64,000 nucleotides of DNA, taken from assembly GCA_045596215.1 (NCBI GenBank), contig JAZOBY010000070.1, forward strand, positions 636 to 64,635. Reading direction: 5' to 3'. The stretch's first letter is position 1; every line of letters starts with the position of its first letter. Shown here one piece after another: positions 1 through 8,710 of the stretch. Position numbers and translations under genes: made by a program. The DNA is from Faecousia sp. (lineage in GTDB: Bacteria > Bacillota > Clostridia > Oscillospirales > Oscillospiraceae). The notes under the pieces are model-generated. The model was not told where the DNA came from, did not search any database, and worked only from the letters and a program-made list of their open reading frames with translations.

Positions 1-852
1 CGTCATCAGGAAGGCCAGGCGGATACCCCTGCTCACACATTGGCCGCTACCATTCAGAATCGTTACCCTGCGGTAGCCATCGAGGAGATCTTCGGTGATA
101 TGGCAGCCATGCGTGCCGTTAAGTCTGATGCGGAATTGGAATTGATGCGGAAGGCACAGCACACAACCTGCAATGCCATCATTGCCATGCTCCGCCACGC
201 AAAGCCGGAAATGAACGAAAGCGAACTGGAAGGTGCGTTTGACTTTTCCTTGAAGAAGCAGTGCGTTCGGGATCATGCCTTTACCAGCATCATTGCCGGC
301 GGCAGCCGTGCAACCACGCTGCACTACGACAATAACGATCAGATCGTGCATGACGGCGAGATGGTTTTGATCGACCTTGGTTCTGCTGAGGGTAAATACT
401 GTGCCGATATCTCCCGGACATTCCCCATCAACGGCAAGTTCACCCCGCGTCAGAAGGAGCTGTATAACACAGTTTTGGAGGCACAGCGGATCGTTATTGC
501 CAACGCCAAGCCGGGCATGACCACTATGGAGCTGAACCAAATGGTCATTGATTATTATGAATCCCGTCTGGATGCTTTGGGATTGCGTAAGGATGGAAAA
601 GGTGTTCGCGACTACTATTATCACAATGTTAGCCACAGCCTTGGCCTGGATACCCATGACATTTGCACCATGCGTGAGAGAACCTTGCAGCCCGGTATGG
701 TAATTACCGTCGAACCCGGCCTTTATGTAGAGGAAGAGGGCATCGGCATCCGCATTGAAAACGATGTGCTGATTACCGAGGACGGTGTGATTGATCTGTC
801 TGCAGAAATTCCCAGAACCGTGGAAGAAATTGAAGCCATTATGGCAAAGTAA
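1..852 (+). CDS. pepP: Xaa-Pro aminopeptidase (M24B), 5'-truncated by the window edge
   Basis: Frame is open from base 1; motifs TLHY, DLG..YCADISRTFP, HSLGLDTHD, TVEPGLY, GIRIENDVLIT. Confidence 0.9.
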   Translation, partial: RHQEGQADTPAHTLAATIQNRYPAVAIEEIFGDMAAMRAVKSDAELELMRKAQHTTCNAIIAMLRHAKPEMNESELEGAFDFSLKKQCVRDHAFTSIIAGGSRATTLHYDNNDQIVHDGEMVLIDLGSAEGKYCADISRTFPINGKFTPRQKELYNTVLEAQRIVIANAKPGMTTMELNQMVIDYYESRLDALGLRKDGKGVRDYYYHNVSHSLGLDTHDICTMRERTLQPGMVITVEPGLYVEEEGIGIRIENDVLITEDGVIDLSAEIPRTVEEIEAIMAK

Positions 853-858
853 ATGAAC

Positions 859-882
859 GGCCCTATCCACTTGGATAGGGCC
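859..882. terminator. Hairpin between convergent pepP and the cotJC 3' part
   Basis: GGCCCTATCCA-CT-TGGATAGGGCC perfect inverted repeat. Confidence 0.75.
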
Positions 883-889
883 ACATCTT

Positions 890-1303
890 TTACATATCAA
901 ACGCCGGGTTCAAACAGTACACATTCTTCTGATTGAGTCGCTCACGCAGTTGTTGCAGGCTTTCGCCAAAGCGTTGGAAATGGACGACTTCCCGTTCCCG
1001 GAGGAACTTGATTACGTCGTTTACGTCAGGATCATCGGAAAGTCTTAGAATGTTGTCATAAGTCACTCTCGCTTTTTGCTCTGCGGCCAGATCTTCTGTC
1101 AGATCCGCAATTGGATCACCTTTGACCTGGATGGTTGCTGCAGTCCAGGGGAATCCGGATGCCGCAGTGGGATATACTCCGGTAGTATGGTCTACAAAAT
1201 ACTGCTCCAAGGGCGTATTCTCAATGTCCTTTTCTTTCAAATTACGGGTCAGCTGATGCACGATTGCCGCCACCATTTCCAGGTGGCCCAATTCTTCCGT
1301 GCC
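890..1303 (-). CDS. cotJC: Spore coat manganese catalase CotJC, 3' fragment (residues 62-198 after excision)
   Basis: Reads (G)TEELGHLEMVAAIVHQL...GDPIADLTEDLAAEQKARVTYDNILRLSDDPDV...FLREREVVHFQRFGE, the C-terminal two thirds of CotJC; no convincing start of its own. Confidence 0.93.
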   Translation of the reverse strand, partial: GTEELGHLEMVAAIVHQLTRNLKEKDIENTPLEQYFVDHTTGVYPTAASGFPWTAATIQVKGDPIADLTEDLAAEQKARVTYDNILRLSDDPDVNDVIKFLREREVVHFQRFGESLQQLRERLNQKNVYCLNPAFDM

Positions 1304-1328
1304 TATTGAAGATTAAAAATGGTCATGT
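1278..1328. other. Left recombination junction of the cotJC-intervening element, crossover CC at 1302-1303
   Basis: cotJC similarity stops at 1302-1303; element arm TATTGAAGATTAAAAATGGTCAT is an inverted copy of the arm at 11063-11085. Confidence 0.88.
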
Positions 1329-1334
1329 TATAAT
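1306..1334 (+). promoter_or_regulatory. SigA-type promoter overlapping the left att arm
   Basis: TTGAAG (1306-1311), 17 bp spacer, TG-T-TATAAT (1326-1334). Confidence 0.65.
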
Positions 1335-1345
1335 AACCCAAGAAA

Positions 1346-1377
1346 GGCACTTTCCTACAAGCACTCTGCATACAATA
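1346..1377 (+). promoter_or_regulatory. Putative mother-cell sigE/sigK promoter upstream of the recombinase
   Basis: CATACAATA at 1369-1377 matches the sigE CATACA-T and sigK CATA---TA -10 consensus; GGCACT at 1346-1351 is a weaker -35. Confidence 0.5.
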
Positions 1378-1409
1378 GCAGAGAGGCTTATAGCAAGGTG
1401 GCGTTATAT

Positions 1410-1553
1410 TTGATAGTTAATCCCGAAGCTTTGACTATTACAAAAGCTGAGTGTGATGCGTTACTTAATGAATTCACGCATTACATACGGGATGTTTTTT
1501 CCATTAGAGAAATAAAGGAGGAAGTACGCAGTGGCAAAAACCCAAGTTATTGA
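1410..1553 (+). CDS. 47-aa small ORF overlapping the recombinase start, candidate directionality factor
   Basis: TTG start with AAGGTGG upstream (alternative in-frame GTG at 1398); MIVNPEALTITKAECDALLNEFTHYIRDVFSIREIKEEVRSGKNPSY. Confidence 0.45.
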   Translation: MIVNPEALTITKAECDALLNEFTHYIRDVFSIREIKEEVRSGKNPSY

Positions 1554-3222
1554 ACCAATCAAACGCCTGCTGAAAACAGAAGATGACCAGCCGCGAAATG
1601 TGTGCGCCTACTGCCGCGTTAGTACAGATGAATTCGACCAACGAAATTCACTGGTAGCACAAAAGCAGTTTTTCCAGCGGTATTTCTCACAACACCAAAA
1701 TTGGACAAATATAGGCATTTTTGCAGACGAAGGACTCAGCGGCACATCGCTTGAAAAGCGAGACGAGTTCAACAGGATGCTTGCGCTTGCCCGGTATGGC
1801 GGTGTTGAGATAATACTGACGAAGGAGGTATCCCGTTTCTCACGAAATGTGCAGCATCTGCTAAATATTGTGGAAGAACTCCGGAACAAAGGTGTTTACA
1901 TCTGGTTTTTATCTGATGATATCAACACTGAAAGTAATGACTACCGAGACAAATTAACCGAAGCGGCAACTAATGCTGAAAAAGAAAGCCTGAGAACTTC
2001 CCGCCGTGTGCGTTGGGGACATCAGCAACGTATGCAGCAAGGTGCAGTATTTGGCAGGAAGGAAATGTTCGGCTATAATATCGTTCGTGACAAAGACGGA
2101 ATTCAGCGCTTTGTTATCATTGAGGACGAAGCAGAAATCGTACGCCAGATTTATCAATGGTATGCTTCTGGTGACGGTACATTTACCATTGCAAAGCGGC
2201 TGCAGCAGATGGGCGTGAAAACCAAGCGATACAAAAACGGTTGGAGCAATGTAGTTATTCTACGGCTGTTGCGGAATGAGAAATATGTAGGTGACCTTGC
2301 TCAGGGCAAGACCTATACCCCTGACCCTCTTACCCATAAGAAGAAATATAACCGGGGTGATTCCATTAGCTTCTACATAACCGACCACCATCCAGAGGCA
2401 GCAATCGTCAGCCGTGACCTGTGGGATAAGGTGCAAAAAAGACTGAAAGAAAATGAACCTTCGGACGAGGTCAAAGCAAAGCACTCAAACCGCTACTGGA
2501 CATCCGGTAAGATTTATTGTGGCTGCTGTGGCAATTCCTATATCAGTGTGCGAAAAAAGCAGCAGAACGGCTTGTATAGGGCCTGGGAGTGCATTGAGAA
2601 CCACGAGCGCGGTCTACCGCGTCAGATTGTAAATGACCTGGGGGAAGTTGTTCCGGTCGGTTGCACTGGTAGACGGGTCAACGAGCGCGTTCTGGCAATG
2701 GCTTTGCACGATATTATCACACAGTTGATTATCCCCCATAAGGAGAAAATTTGCGCTACTCTTCGAGAGGACTACGATACGCTAACTAAACCCAAGGATA
2801 ACAGGGCACAAATAACAGCGGTAGAGAAAAAGCTCTCAAAGAGGCGGGAAGATATCGTTTCTCTTACCGATAAGTATATGAGCGGAATTGTTCCGGAGTT
2901 GGCATATACAGCCACTTCCAAGGCGTACCAAGATGAAATCAAGGAATTGGAATTGGACCTTGCGCAACTGAAACAAGAGGGTATCACTGCTGCTATGGAA
3001 GCCAGCGCATACACAGATTACATTGCCCAGATTGAACGCATTGTAGCTCTTTCGGATGAAGAGATAAACGAAGGTCTCTATGAACGAGTCACAAAGAGAA
3101 TCGTTGTACATCCCGAGCAGGTCTTGGAAATCCATCTGTCCTTTATGGCGAAGCCTATCTTTATGCGCTATAAAACGCAGGGCAGGGGAGCAACCTACAC
3201 AGCAATCTTTGAAATCCTGTAA
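1531..3222 (+). CDS. Large serine recombinase (resolvase, recombinase, zinc-ribbon/coiled-coil domains)
   Basis: AYCRVST catalytic Ser, DEGLSGT, TKEVSRFSRN, LRNEKYVG, CGCCG zinc ribbon, C-terminal coiled coil; RBS AAGGAGG. Confidence 0.95.
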   Translation: MAKTQVIEPIKRLLKTEDDQPRNVCAYCRVSTDEFDQRNSLVAQKQFFQRYFSQHQNWTNIGIFADEGLSGTSLEKRDEFNRMLALARYGGVEIILTKEVSRFSRNVQHLLNIVEELRNKGVYIWFLSDDINTESNDYRDKLTEAATNAEKESLRTSRRVRWGHQQRMQQGAVFGRKEMFGYNIVRDKDGIQRFVIIEDEAEIVRQIYQWYASGDGTFTIAKRLQQMGVKTKRYKNGWSNVVILRLLRNEKYVGDLAQGKTYTPDPLTHKKKYNRGDSISFYITDHHPEAAIVSRDLWDKVQKRLKENEPSDEVKAKHSNRYWTSGKIYCGCCGNSYISVRKKQQNGLYRAWECIENHERGLPRQIVNDLGEVVPVGCTGRRVNERVLAMALHDIITQLIIPHKEKICATLREDYDTLTKPKDNRAQITAVEKKLSKRREDIVSLTDKYMSGIVPELAYTATSKAYQDEIKELELDLAQLKQEGITAAMEASAYTDYIAQIERIVALSDEEINEGLYERVTKRIVVHPEQVLEIHLSFMAKPIFMRYKTQGRGATYTAIFEIL

Positions 3223-3228
3223 TACTAA

Positions 3229-3262
3229 AATAAGCCATGTGTGGTTTCACGCATGGCTTATT
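3229..3262. terminator. Bidirectional terminator
   Basis: AATAAGCCATGTGTG-GTTT-CACGCATGGCTTATT between convergent genes. Confidence 0.75.
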
Positions 3263-3614
3263 CTTTTGGATTCGCGGATGAATCTCTTAGATTTTTCATT
3301 GCCTGGACTTGTGCGATTTCATCACGGACATAGTTAAGGAATATCAACAAAAATGTCTCTTCCTCAACACCATTATCAAAGAGTTTTTCCGGGTTTGTAA
3401 TGAGCCTGTTCCGTTCATAGTTGTGCACAAGAACATAGCAATTATAGGTGTACACTAAATAGTATAAAACATCTTCAGGATTTTTGATTTTCTCAATATC
3501 TCGATATTGGCTGGTCGTGATTTTATCAAGCACATAATCAAAGAACTCATTATTTCGAGCATACATATCAGGGCTATTCTTATAAAAGTGTTTCATTTCT
3601 GCATATGAATTCAA
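3258..3614 (-). CDS. Hypothetical protein (118 aa), coupled to the XRE gene
   Basis: TTG start overlaps the xre stop; RBS GAAAGGGTG; AT-rich. Confidence 0.65.
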   Translation of the reverse strand: MNSYAEMKHFYKNSPDMYARNNEFFDYVLDKITTSQYRDIEKIKNPEDVLYYLVYTYNCYVLVHNYERNRLITNPEKLFDNGVEEETFLLIFLNYVRDEIAQVQAMKNLRDSSANPKE

Positions 3615-3898
3615 GGATTATCACCCTTTCTATCTATCGGCTCGATACTGACTTCATCTTTATCCAGCAGGTCGTTGTAAGTTACTCCGAGAGCCTCAGC
3701 AAGGTAGACAATTTCGATATCTGTAACAAATCGTTTGCCGGCTTCAATCCGCTGTACGGCATTTTTATCGATATCCAATCCGCGCAGTTGGAGCAGACCA
3801 GCCAGCTTGTTCTGCGATAGACCGGCTGCTTTACGGTACACGGCGACATTACGCCCACAGACATTGTTATCACCGTTTACGGTCTTGTTAATGAACAT
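3611..3898 (-). CDS. XRE-family HTH transcriptional regulator
   Basis: RKAAGLSQNKLA...AVQRIEAGKR...LAEALGV HTH pattern; ATG at 3898 with GAAAGGTGG RBS. Confidence 0.88.
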   Translation of the reverse strand: MFINKTVNGDNNVCGRNVAVYRKAAGLSQNKLAGLLQLRGLDIDKNAVQRIEAGKRFVTDIEIVYLAEALGVTYNDLLDKDEVSIEPIDRKGDNP

Positions 3899-3934
3899 AA
3901 TTCCGCCACCTTTCGGCATAAATATTCCAGATTT

Positions 3935-4008
3935 ATGACATTCACTACTTGTCATTTTGAATATTGTATGCTAAAATGGTGCAGAGAATGACATTCACTA
4001 AATGTCGT
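3935..4008. promoter_or_regulatory. Two palindromic operators flanking a sigA promoter for the cargo genes
   Basis: ATGACA-ttcactact-TGTCAT (3935-3955) and ATGACA-ttcactaaa-TGTCGT (3988-4008); TTGTCA (3949-3954), 17 bp, TAAAAT (3972-3977) with upstream TG. Confidence 0.75.
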
Positions 4009-4041
4009 CGATTAGAAAAAAATAGAAAGGGACGTTTGTTT

Positions 4042-4668
4042 ATGCCTTACTGTCAGAGCTGTGGTGCAGAAGTAGCTGGCAACTTCTGCCCGAACTGCGG
4101 TGCGCAAGCTGGTTCCGTGCCTCCTGCTGCTCCGCAACTTATCATTCACAAGGATGTGGATGTAAAACCCAGATACAATACCATTTCACTGGCGATTGCT
4201 GGATGGATGGGCTTTGCTTGCTTGATTATGACGCTGGTGTTTTTTATCTATGGTGTCTTAATCGCCGAGGGAACCTTTGGCGACAAGATGGGGTTTGTGA
4301 TTGCTACACTTGTTTGTGCGGGTCTGACCTATCTATGTTATTTGCCTGGTATTAGTACCATCCGCAAGCGTTCCCCTGAGGGAGAGGTGATGTCCACATT
4401 CTGGAGCTTCTTCGGAAAGTCTTTCCTTTTCTTTTTTGCATGGGGCGTTACCATTGCTGGTTGTGTCTATATTATTGGTATCTTTTTCAAGGTTTGGCGT
4501 TTTGGTCTGTGGGCTTCTCGCCCCAATGATGACCAGTACACTGCGTTTGTAGACGGCAAAAAAATCCCGGTTACCAGATATTACGATGACTTGCCTGACT
4601 ACGGAGCAAGAGGTGACTGGGTTTATCGGGACGAAAATGGTGAGTTCTACCGCCCACCTGTCAAATAA
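4042..4668 (+). CDS. Zinc-ribbon membrane protein
   Basis: N-terminal CQSCG...CPNCG, several hydrophobic helices; RBS GAAAGGGA. Confidence 0.8.
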   Translation: MPYCQSCGAEVAGNFCPNCGAQAGSVPPAAPQLIIHKDVDVKPRYNTISLAIAGWMGFACLIMTLVFFIYGVLIAEGTFGDKMGFVIATLVCAGLTYLCYLPGISTIRKRSPEGEVMSTFWSFFGKSFLFFFAWGVTIAGCVYIIGIFFKVWRFGLWASRPNDDQYTAFVDGKKIPVTRYYDDLPDYGARGDWVYRDENGEFYRPPVK

Positions 4669-4685
4669 CAAGGAGGAACAATCGT

Positions 4686-6404
4686 ATGAAAAGACTAATG
4701 AGCATCCTGCTGGCTGTGGTGATGATTATGGCGCTTGCTGTGCCTGCTATGGCTAACGGGGAAACCGAAAGCACAGAACCGAACCTGCTGGCTCATGCCG
4801 GTGATATGACCTACTATGTGGGCGGCTATGGCGCTATGCCTGGTGGTTATCAGTGTATGGTCGACCATACCTATGTGGAAAATTTTGATATTTCCTTCGG
4901 TGACCCCATTATAGAGAACTGGCCCACAGAGGCTGGCACATACACTGTCAATTTCACCAAAACCACCGCAATCAAGGGTGCAGGCGATACGGAATATACA
5001 TTTAATATTTCTATGAACATTACCGTTTTGGAACTGCCTGAGTTGTCCGGTCAGTGCGGCGACACGATGAACTGGAGCTTTGACAAGGATAGTTACACCC
5101 TGACCATTTCCGGCACTGGCGATATGTACACCATTGCCGCAAGTGACGAAGATTTCCAAAACGAAAACTTTAGCTATAAGCCTGGATGGTGGGATTTGCC
5201 TGTTAGGCATATTATAATTGAAGAAGGTGTAGAGAATCTGGCGAACTACACCTTTACGCAAGTCGGAATTTGCACTTACTACCAAATCCTTGAGACCATT
5301 CAGCTCCCAACTACGCTGGAAGCAATTCCCGAATTAGGTTTCCTGATGTCTAATGCTATGACATCCCTGACCATCCCCGAGGGTATCACCTCTATTACCG
5401 GTTGGCCTTTCGGATATCCAGGCAATAGCTTTTTGCCACTGACTGACCTGTATCTGCCCTCCACGCTGACCGAAATGGATATTGTGACGATTATTCTGGC
5501 TGGATATACGAACACACGGCCTATCACACAGACATTGAAGACTATCCACTTCGCAGGCACTGAGGAACAGTGGAAAGCCATTAATCAGATTCGCTCCGAA
5601 ACTATGCAGTCCATTATGCCTGTCGATGATGAAACCTATGCTCTTTACGAAGAAATGTTCAACGGAATTACTGTCGTCTTTGAACCCAAGGAAGATGCAA
5701 AAGAAGAAATCACAGTTGAGAACGGCACCGCTACTGTCCCTGACAGCTCTGTGGAAATCACCGAGGGCAAAGATGTTGTTATCGATGTGACCGATACCGA
5801 GGAGAAGGTCAGCAGCGTGGTCATCGGCTTTGAGACCGTAGACAAGATTGCCGATGCCGAGACCGCTGTGGAAATCAAACTGCCAGATGCCACTGTCAGT
5901 TTTGACAAGACCGCTATCGGCTCCATTGGTACACAGGCCGGAGAAACCGCCGTTACCATCGTAGCCAAGGAGGTCGAGGATACCACCCTGACTACCGAGC
6001 AGAAAGCTGCTCTGGAGGAAAAGGAAGTCTGCGCCATTCTGAATCTGGAAGCATTTGCCGGCGAGACCAAAATCACCGAGTTTGGCGGCGGCAAGGTCAC
6101 GGTCTCCGTACCCTTTACACTGCCTGAGGGTAAGGCTGGCACAGACTACTATGTCGCCTATGTGGCCGATGATGGCACCATCACCGCTATGCCTACCACC
6201 TATGCTGACGGTATTCTATCCTTCGAGACTACCCACTTCTCCAGCTATGTGGTACTGGAAAACAAGACTGTCACACCGGAACCCACACCTGACCCCAGTA
6301 ACCCCCAGACGGGCGACAATAGTATGCTGTTCCTGTGGGTCACTGTGATGCTTCTCAGTGCTGCCGGACTAACTGTCTGCCTTACCAAACGTCGTGCTTT
6401 CTAA
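4686..6404 (+). CDS. Sortase-anchored surface protein with BspA-like leucine-rich repeats
   Basis: Signal peptide; LETIQLPTTLEAI and LTIPEGITSI repeats; C-terminal NPQTG, hydrophobic helix, KRR tail. Confidence 0.85.
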   Translation: MKRLMSILLAVVMIMALAVPAMANGETESTEPNLLAHAGDMTYYVGGYGAMPGGYQCMVDHTYVENFDISFGDPIIENWPTEAGTYTVNFTKTTAIKGAGDTEYTFNISMNITVLELPELSGQCGDTMNWSFDKDSYTLTISGTGDMYTIAASDEDFQNENFSYKPGWWDLPVRHIIIEEGVENLANYTFTQVGICTYYQILETIQLPTTLEAIPELGFLMSNAMTSLTIPEGITSITGWPFGYPGNSFLPLTDLYLPSTLTEMDIVTIILAGYTNTRPITQTLKTIHFAGTEEQWKAINQIRSETMQSIMPVDDETYALYEEMFNGITVVFEPKEDAKEEITVENGTATVPDSSVEITEGKDVVIDVTDTEEKVSSVVIGFETVDKIADAETAVEIKLPDATVSFDKTAIGSIGTQAGETAVTIVAKEVEDTTLTTEQKAALEEKEVCAILNLEAFAGETKITEFGGGKVTVSVPFTLPEGKAGTDYYVAYVADDGTITAMPTTYADGILSFETTHFSSYVVLENKTVTPEPTPDPSNPQTGDNSMLFLWVTVMLLSAAGLTVCLTKRRAF

Positions 6405-6424
6405 GTTGATAAGCCCATAAAAAT

Positions 6425-6465
6425 AGTGAGCGAGTTGCGTTAATGCGTGACCCGCTCACTTTTCT
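6425..6465 (+). terminator. Rho-independent terminator
   Basis: AGTGAGCG...CGCTCACT stem followed by T-rich tract. Confidence 0.7.
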
Positions 6466-6721
6466 ATATGGGATTCCAAACATCAGATATGTGATATAAA
6501 TGGAAATATATACACCGGTGGTCGTTACTGCGGTATCCCGCCAAATGCTGACGGCAAGCACAATGGTGGGTTACAAAATATAGTAAGTTATCTTCGATAT
6601 ATTAATCAGGGGTCCGAGGCCGCCGCGCCCGTATATACTCAATAGAGGTATCTAAAATTATATATAAATGAAGTCCTCTCTGTCATTGTAATGGAAAGAC
6701 AATAACAAGGAGGCTTAATTT

Positions 6722-8452
6722 ATGTCTTATTATGCTGACTATTTAGCAGCAAAATGCGAGGAAGGTTGGGGCCAGGAAACCGACTGGATGGACTTCTATT
6801 GCAGCATCTTCGATGGCGGTCTTCCATACGGGAGCAAGAAATTTGCCAAGGACACCTATCTGGCAATCCTGCTCACCGTGGGCCCCAAGAAAAACGAAAT
6901 CCGGAAGCGGTTGGTGGATGAGGATTTATTTCCCCTGCAATCGGTGATTGCCAACCCCAGGGAAGGAACCACCAGCTTTATCAGTCCCATTACCTATGCA
7001 GGTAATTCCAAGAGCATCAAAAACGCCCGGTTCATGTTTGCTATGTGCATCGAGGTAGACGACCTGTTGGAGGAAACTGCTGAGGATGGAACAATCCGAT
7101 TCACTGGGCTGGAACACTTGATTGGAGAATGGGAGCGAGGGGTAATTCCAAAGCCAACCTATATCGTATCCTCCGGTAACGGTATCCACCTATACTATCA
7201 GTTCGTGGAAAAGCTCCCCATGTATACTCCGAACGAGCGTAAATTCATGAATATGCGCCGTGAATTGAGTCCTATGCTTTGGAATGCCGGATTGTCCACA
7301 AGCAAGGTACAGATTCAATCCACGGTACAGGGCTATCGGGTAGTTGGCTCTATCACTAAAAGCGGAAAAATCTGCCGGGCTTTTAAGGTTGGAGAACGGG
7401 TTACTCTGGAATACTTAAACGGATTTCTTTCTGAGGAAAACCGGGCGACTGACCTCCAATGGGGTCCAAAGCATTGCAGCCGGGATTATGCCCAAAAGCA
7501 TTATCCAGAATGGTGGGCTTCACAGCAAGAGAAGAAGAAAAAGCGGAAAGAGGAAGGACCGCCCCACTACATTGTCAGCCGCGCCGTGTATGACAATTGG
7601 AAGAATCGCATCGAAGCGGAAGTAGAGGTTGGGCATCGAGCCGGGTGTATGATGACGCTGGCAATCTATGCCTTAAAATGTGGCATCACCGAAGACGAGT
7701 TAATCCGGGATATTGAGTATTTTTCAGAATACTTTGATTCCCTGACCATAGACGAAAATAATCATTTTACTCTTGAGGAAGGAATGGCTGCTCTCAAATA
7801 TTACCGCAATCCCGAGTATTACACTTACCCCAACACCAGTATTTCTTACCGTTCCGGCATAGAGATTGTTCCCACCGAGAGGAATTTCCGTTCAAGGGAG
7901 GACCATCTTAAAATGTGTCGGGAGCGTGCTGCAGCTAAGACTTCCAAAAGGGACGCGGTCCGGGAATGGCGACTGGCTAACCCTGAGGGAAGAAAGTCTG
8001 ATTGCGTGCGCGCAACAAGCATTTCCAAGCGCACCGTGGATAAGTGGTGGGACATTTGTCTCGACAAGCGCAAGAAGGCACCTAAGCGTAAGCTGGTCAA
8101 AACCAAATGGTGCGACTGCTGTGGGAAGGAACAGCCCTTTGAACGCGGCACCGGAGTTCACTTTAACTCCTATAATCAGCACGCATACGAAGATGTAATT
8201 TTCAAGTGTGCGGTCTGCGGTCAGGTAGTAGGTAAATACGGAAAGAAGCACTACCGAACCTTTGATTCAGACCTTGAGTATCTGCGTTGGTACGAACTGC
8301 AGTACAAGCAAGGCTTTGGCTTAGATGGTCGCCTTCGGGAGGATTACAAACACGAACACCAAGAGGATGTGTGGTCGGTAGTGGATAACGGATATATTCC
8401 GCCCGATGTGGTTGAAGCATTGATTAAGAAGTACGGAGGACAGCAACAATGA
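6722..8452 (+). CDS. Primase-like replication initiator (Rep) with C-terminal HTH and Cys4 motif
   Basis: IEVDDL and PTYIVSSGNGIHLYY motifs of AEP-like plasmid Rep proteins; HTH-like RKSDCVRATSISKRTVDKWW; CDCCG...CAVCG. Confidence 0.7.
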   Translation: MSYYADYLAAKCEEGWGQETDWMDFYCSIFDGGLPYGSKKFAKDTYLAILLTVGPKKNEIRKRLVDEDLFPLQSVIANPREGTTSFISPITYAGNSKSIKNARFMFAMCIEVDDLLEETAEDGTIRFTGLEHLIGEWERGVIPKPTYIVSSGNGIHLYYQFVEKLPMYTPNERKFMNMRRELSPMLWNAGLSTSKVQIQSTVQGYRVVGSITKSGKICRAFKVGERVTLEYLNGFLSEENRATDLQWGPKHCSRDYAQKHYPEWWASQQEKKKKRKEEGPPHYIVSRAVYDNWKNRIEAEVEVGHRAGCMMTLAIYALKCGITEDELIRDIEYFSEYFDSLTIDENNHFTLEEGMAALKYYRNPEYYTYPNTSISYRSGIEIVPTERNFRSREDHLKMCRERAAAKTSKRDAVREWRLANPEGRKSDCVRATSISKRTVDKWWDICLDKRKKAPKRKLVKTKWCDCCGKEQPFERGTGVHFNSYNQHAYEDVIFKCAVCGQVVGKYGKKHYRTFDSDLEYLRWYELQYKQGFGLDGRLREDYKHEHQEDVWSVVDNGYIPPDVVEALIKKYGGQQQ

Positions 8453-8697
8453 CAATTACAAGTGTTGTAGCAGATACCGGGCGTTTCTCCAACCAGTTTG
8501 GACGGATTCATTATTTAATACGATTGGTGGATGGGCAGATTATATACTGCCCAAATGCCAAGAAGGTCGATAATGCCGTCGTTGGAGGATGCGGTGCTCT
8601 GAAGGGAAAGACCGTCCGAATTGAGACGGTTCCGCATCCGAAATATCCCAAACTGGTGGACCTCTGCATCGTTAGTGCAGAACGCCCCACCGCGTAG
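8449..8697 (+). CDS. Hypothetical protein (82 aa)
   Basis: ATGA overlap with the rep stop; RBS GGAGGA. Confidence 0.65.
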   Translation: MTITSVVADTGRFSNQFGRIHYLIRLVDGQIIYCPNAKKVDNAVVGGCGALKGKTVRIETVPHPKYPKLVDLCIVSAERPTA

Positions 8698-8710
8698 GTG
8701 GCCTTCGGAG

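Noticed and set aside
6470-6720. Iteron array upstream of rep
   Set aside because: Only short degenerate TATATA/TAAATG matches; no regular repeats
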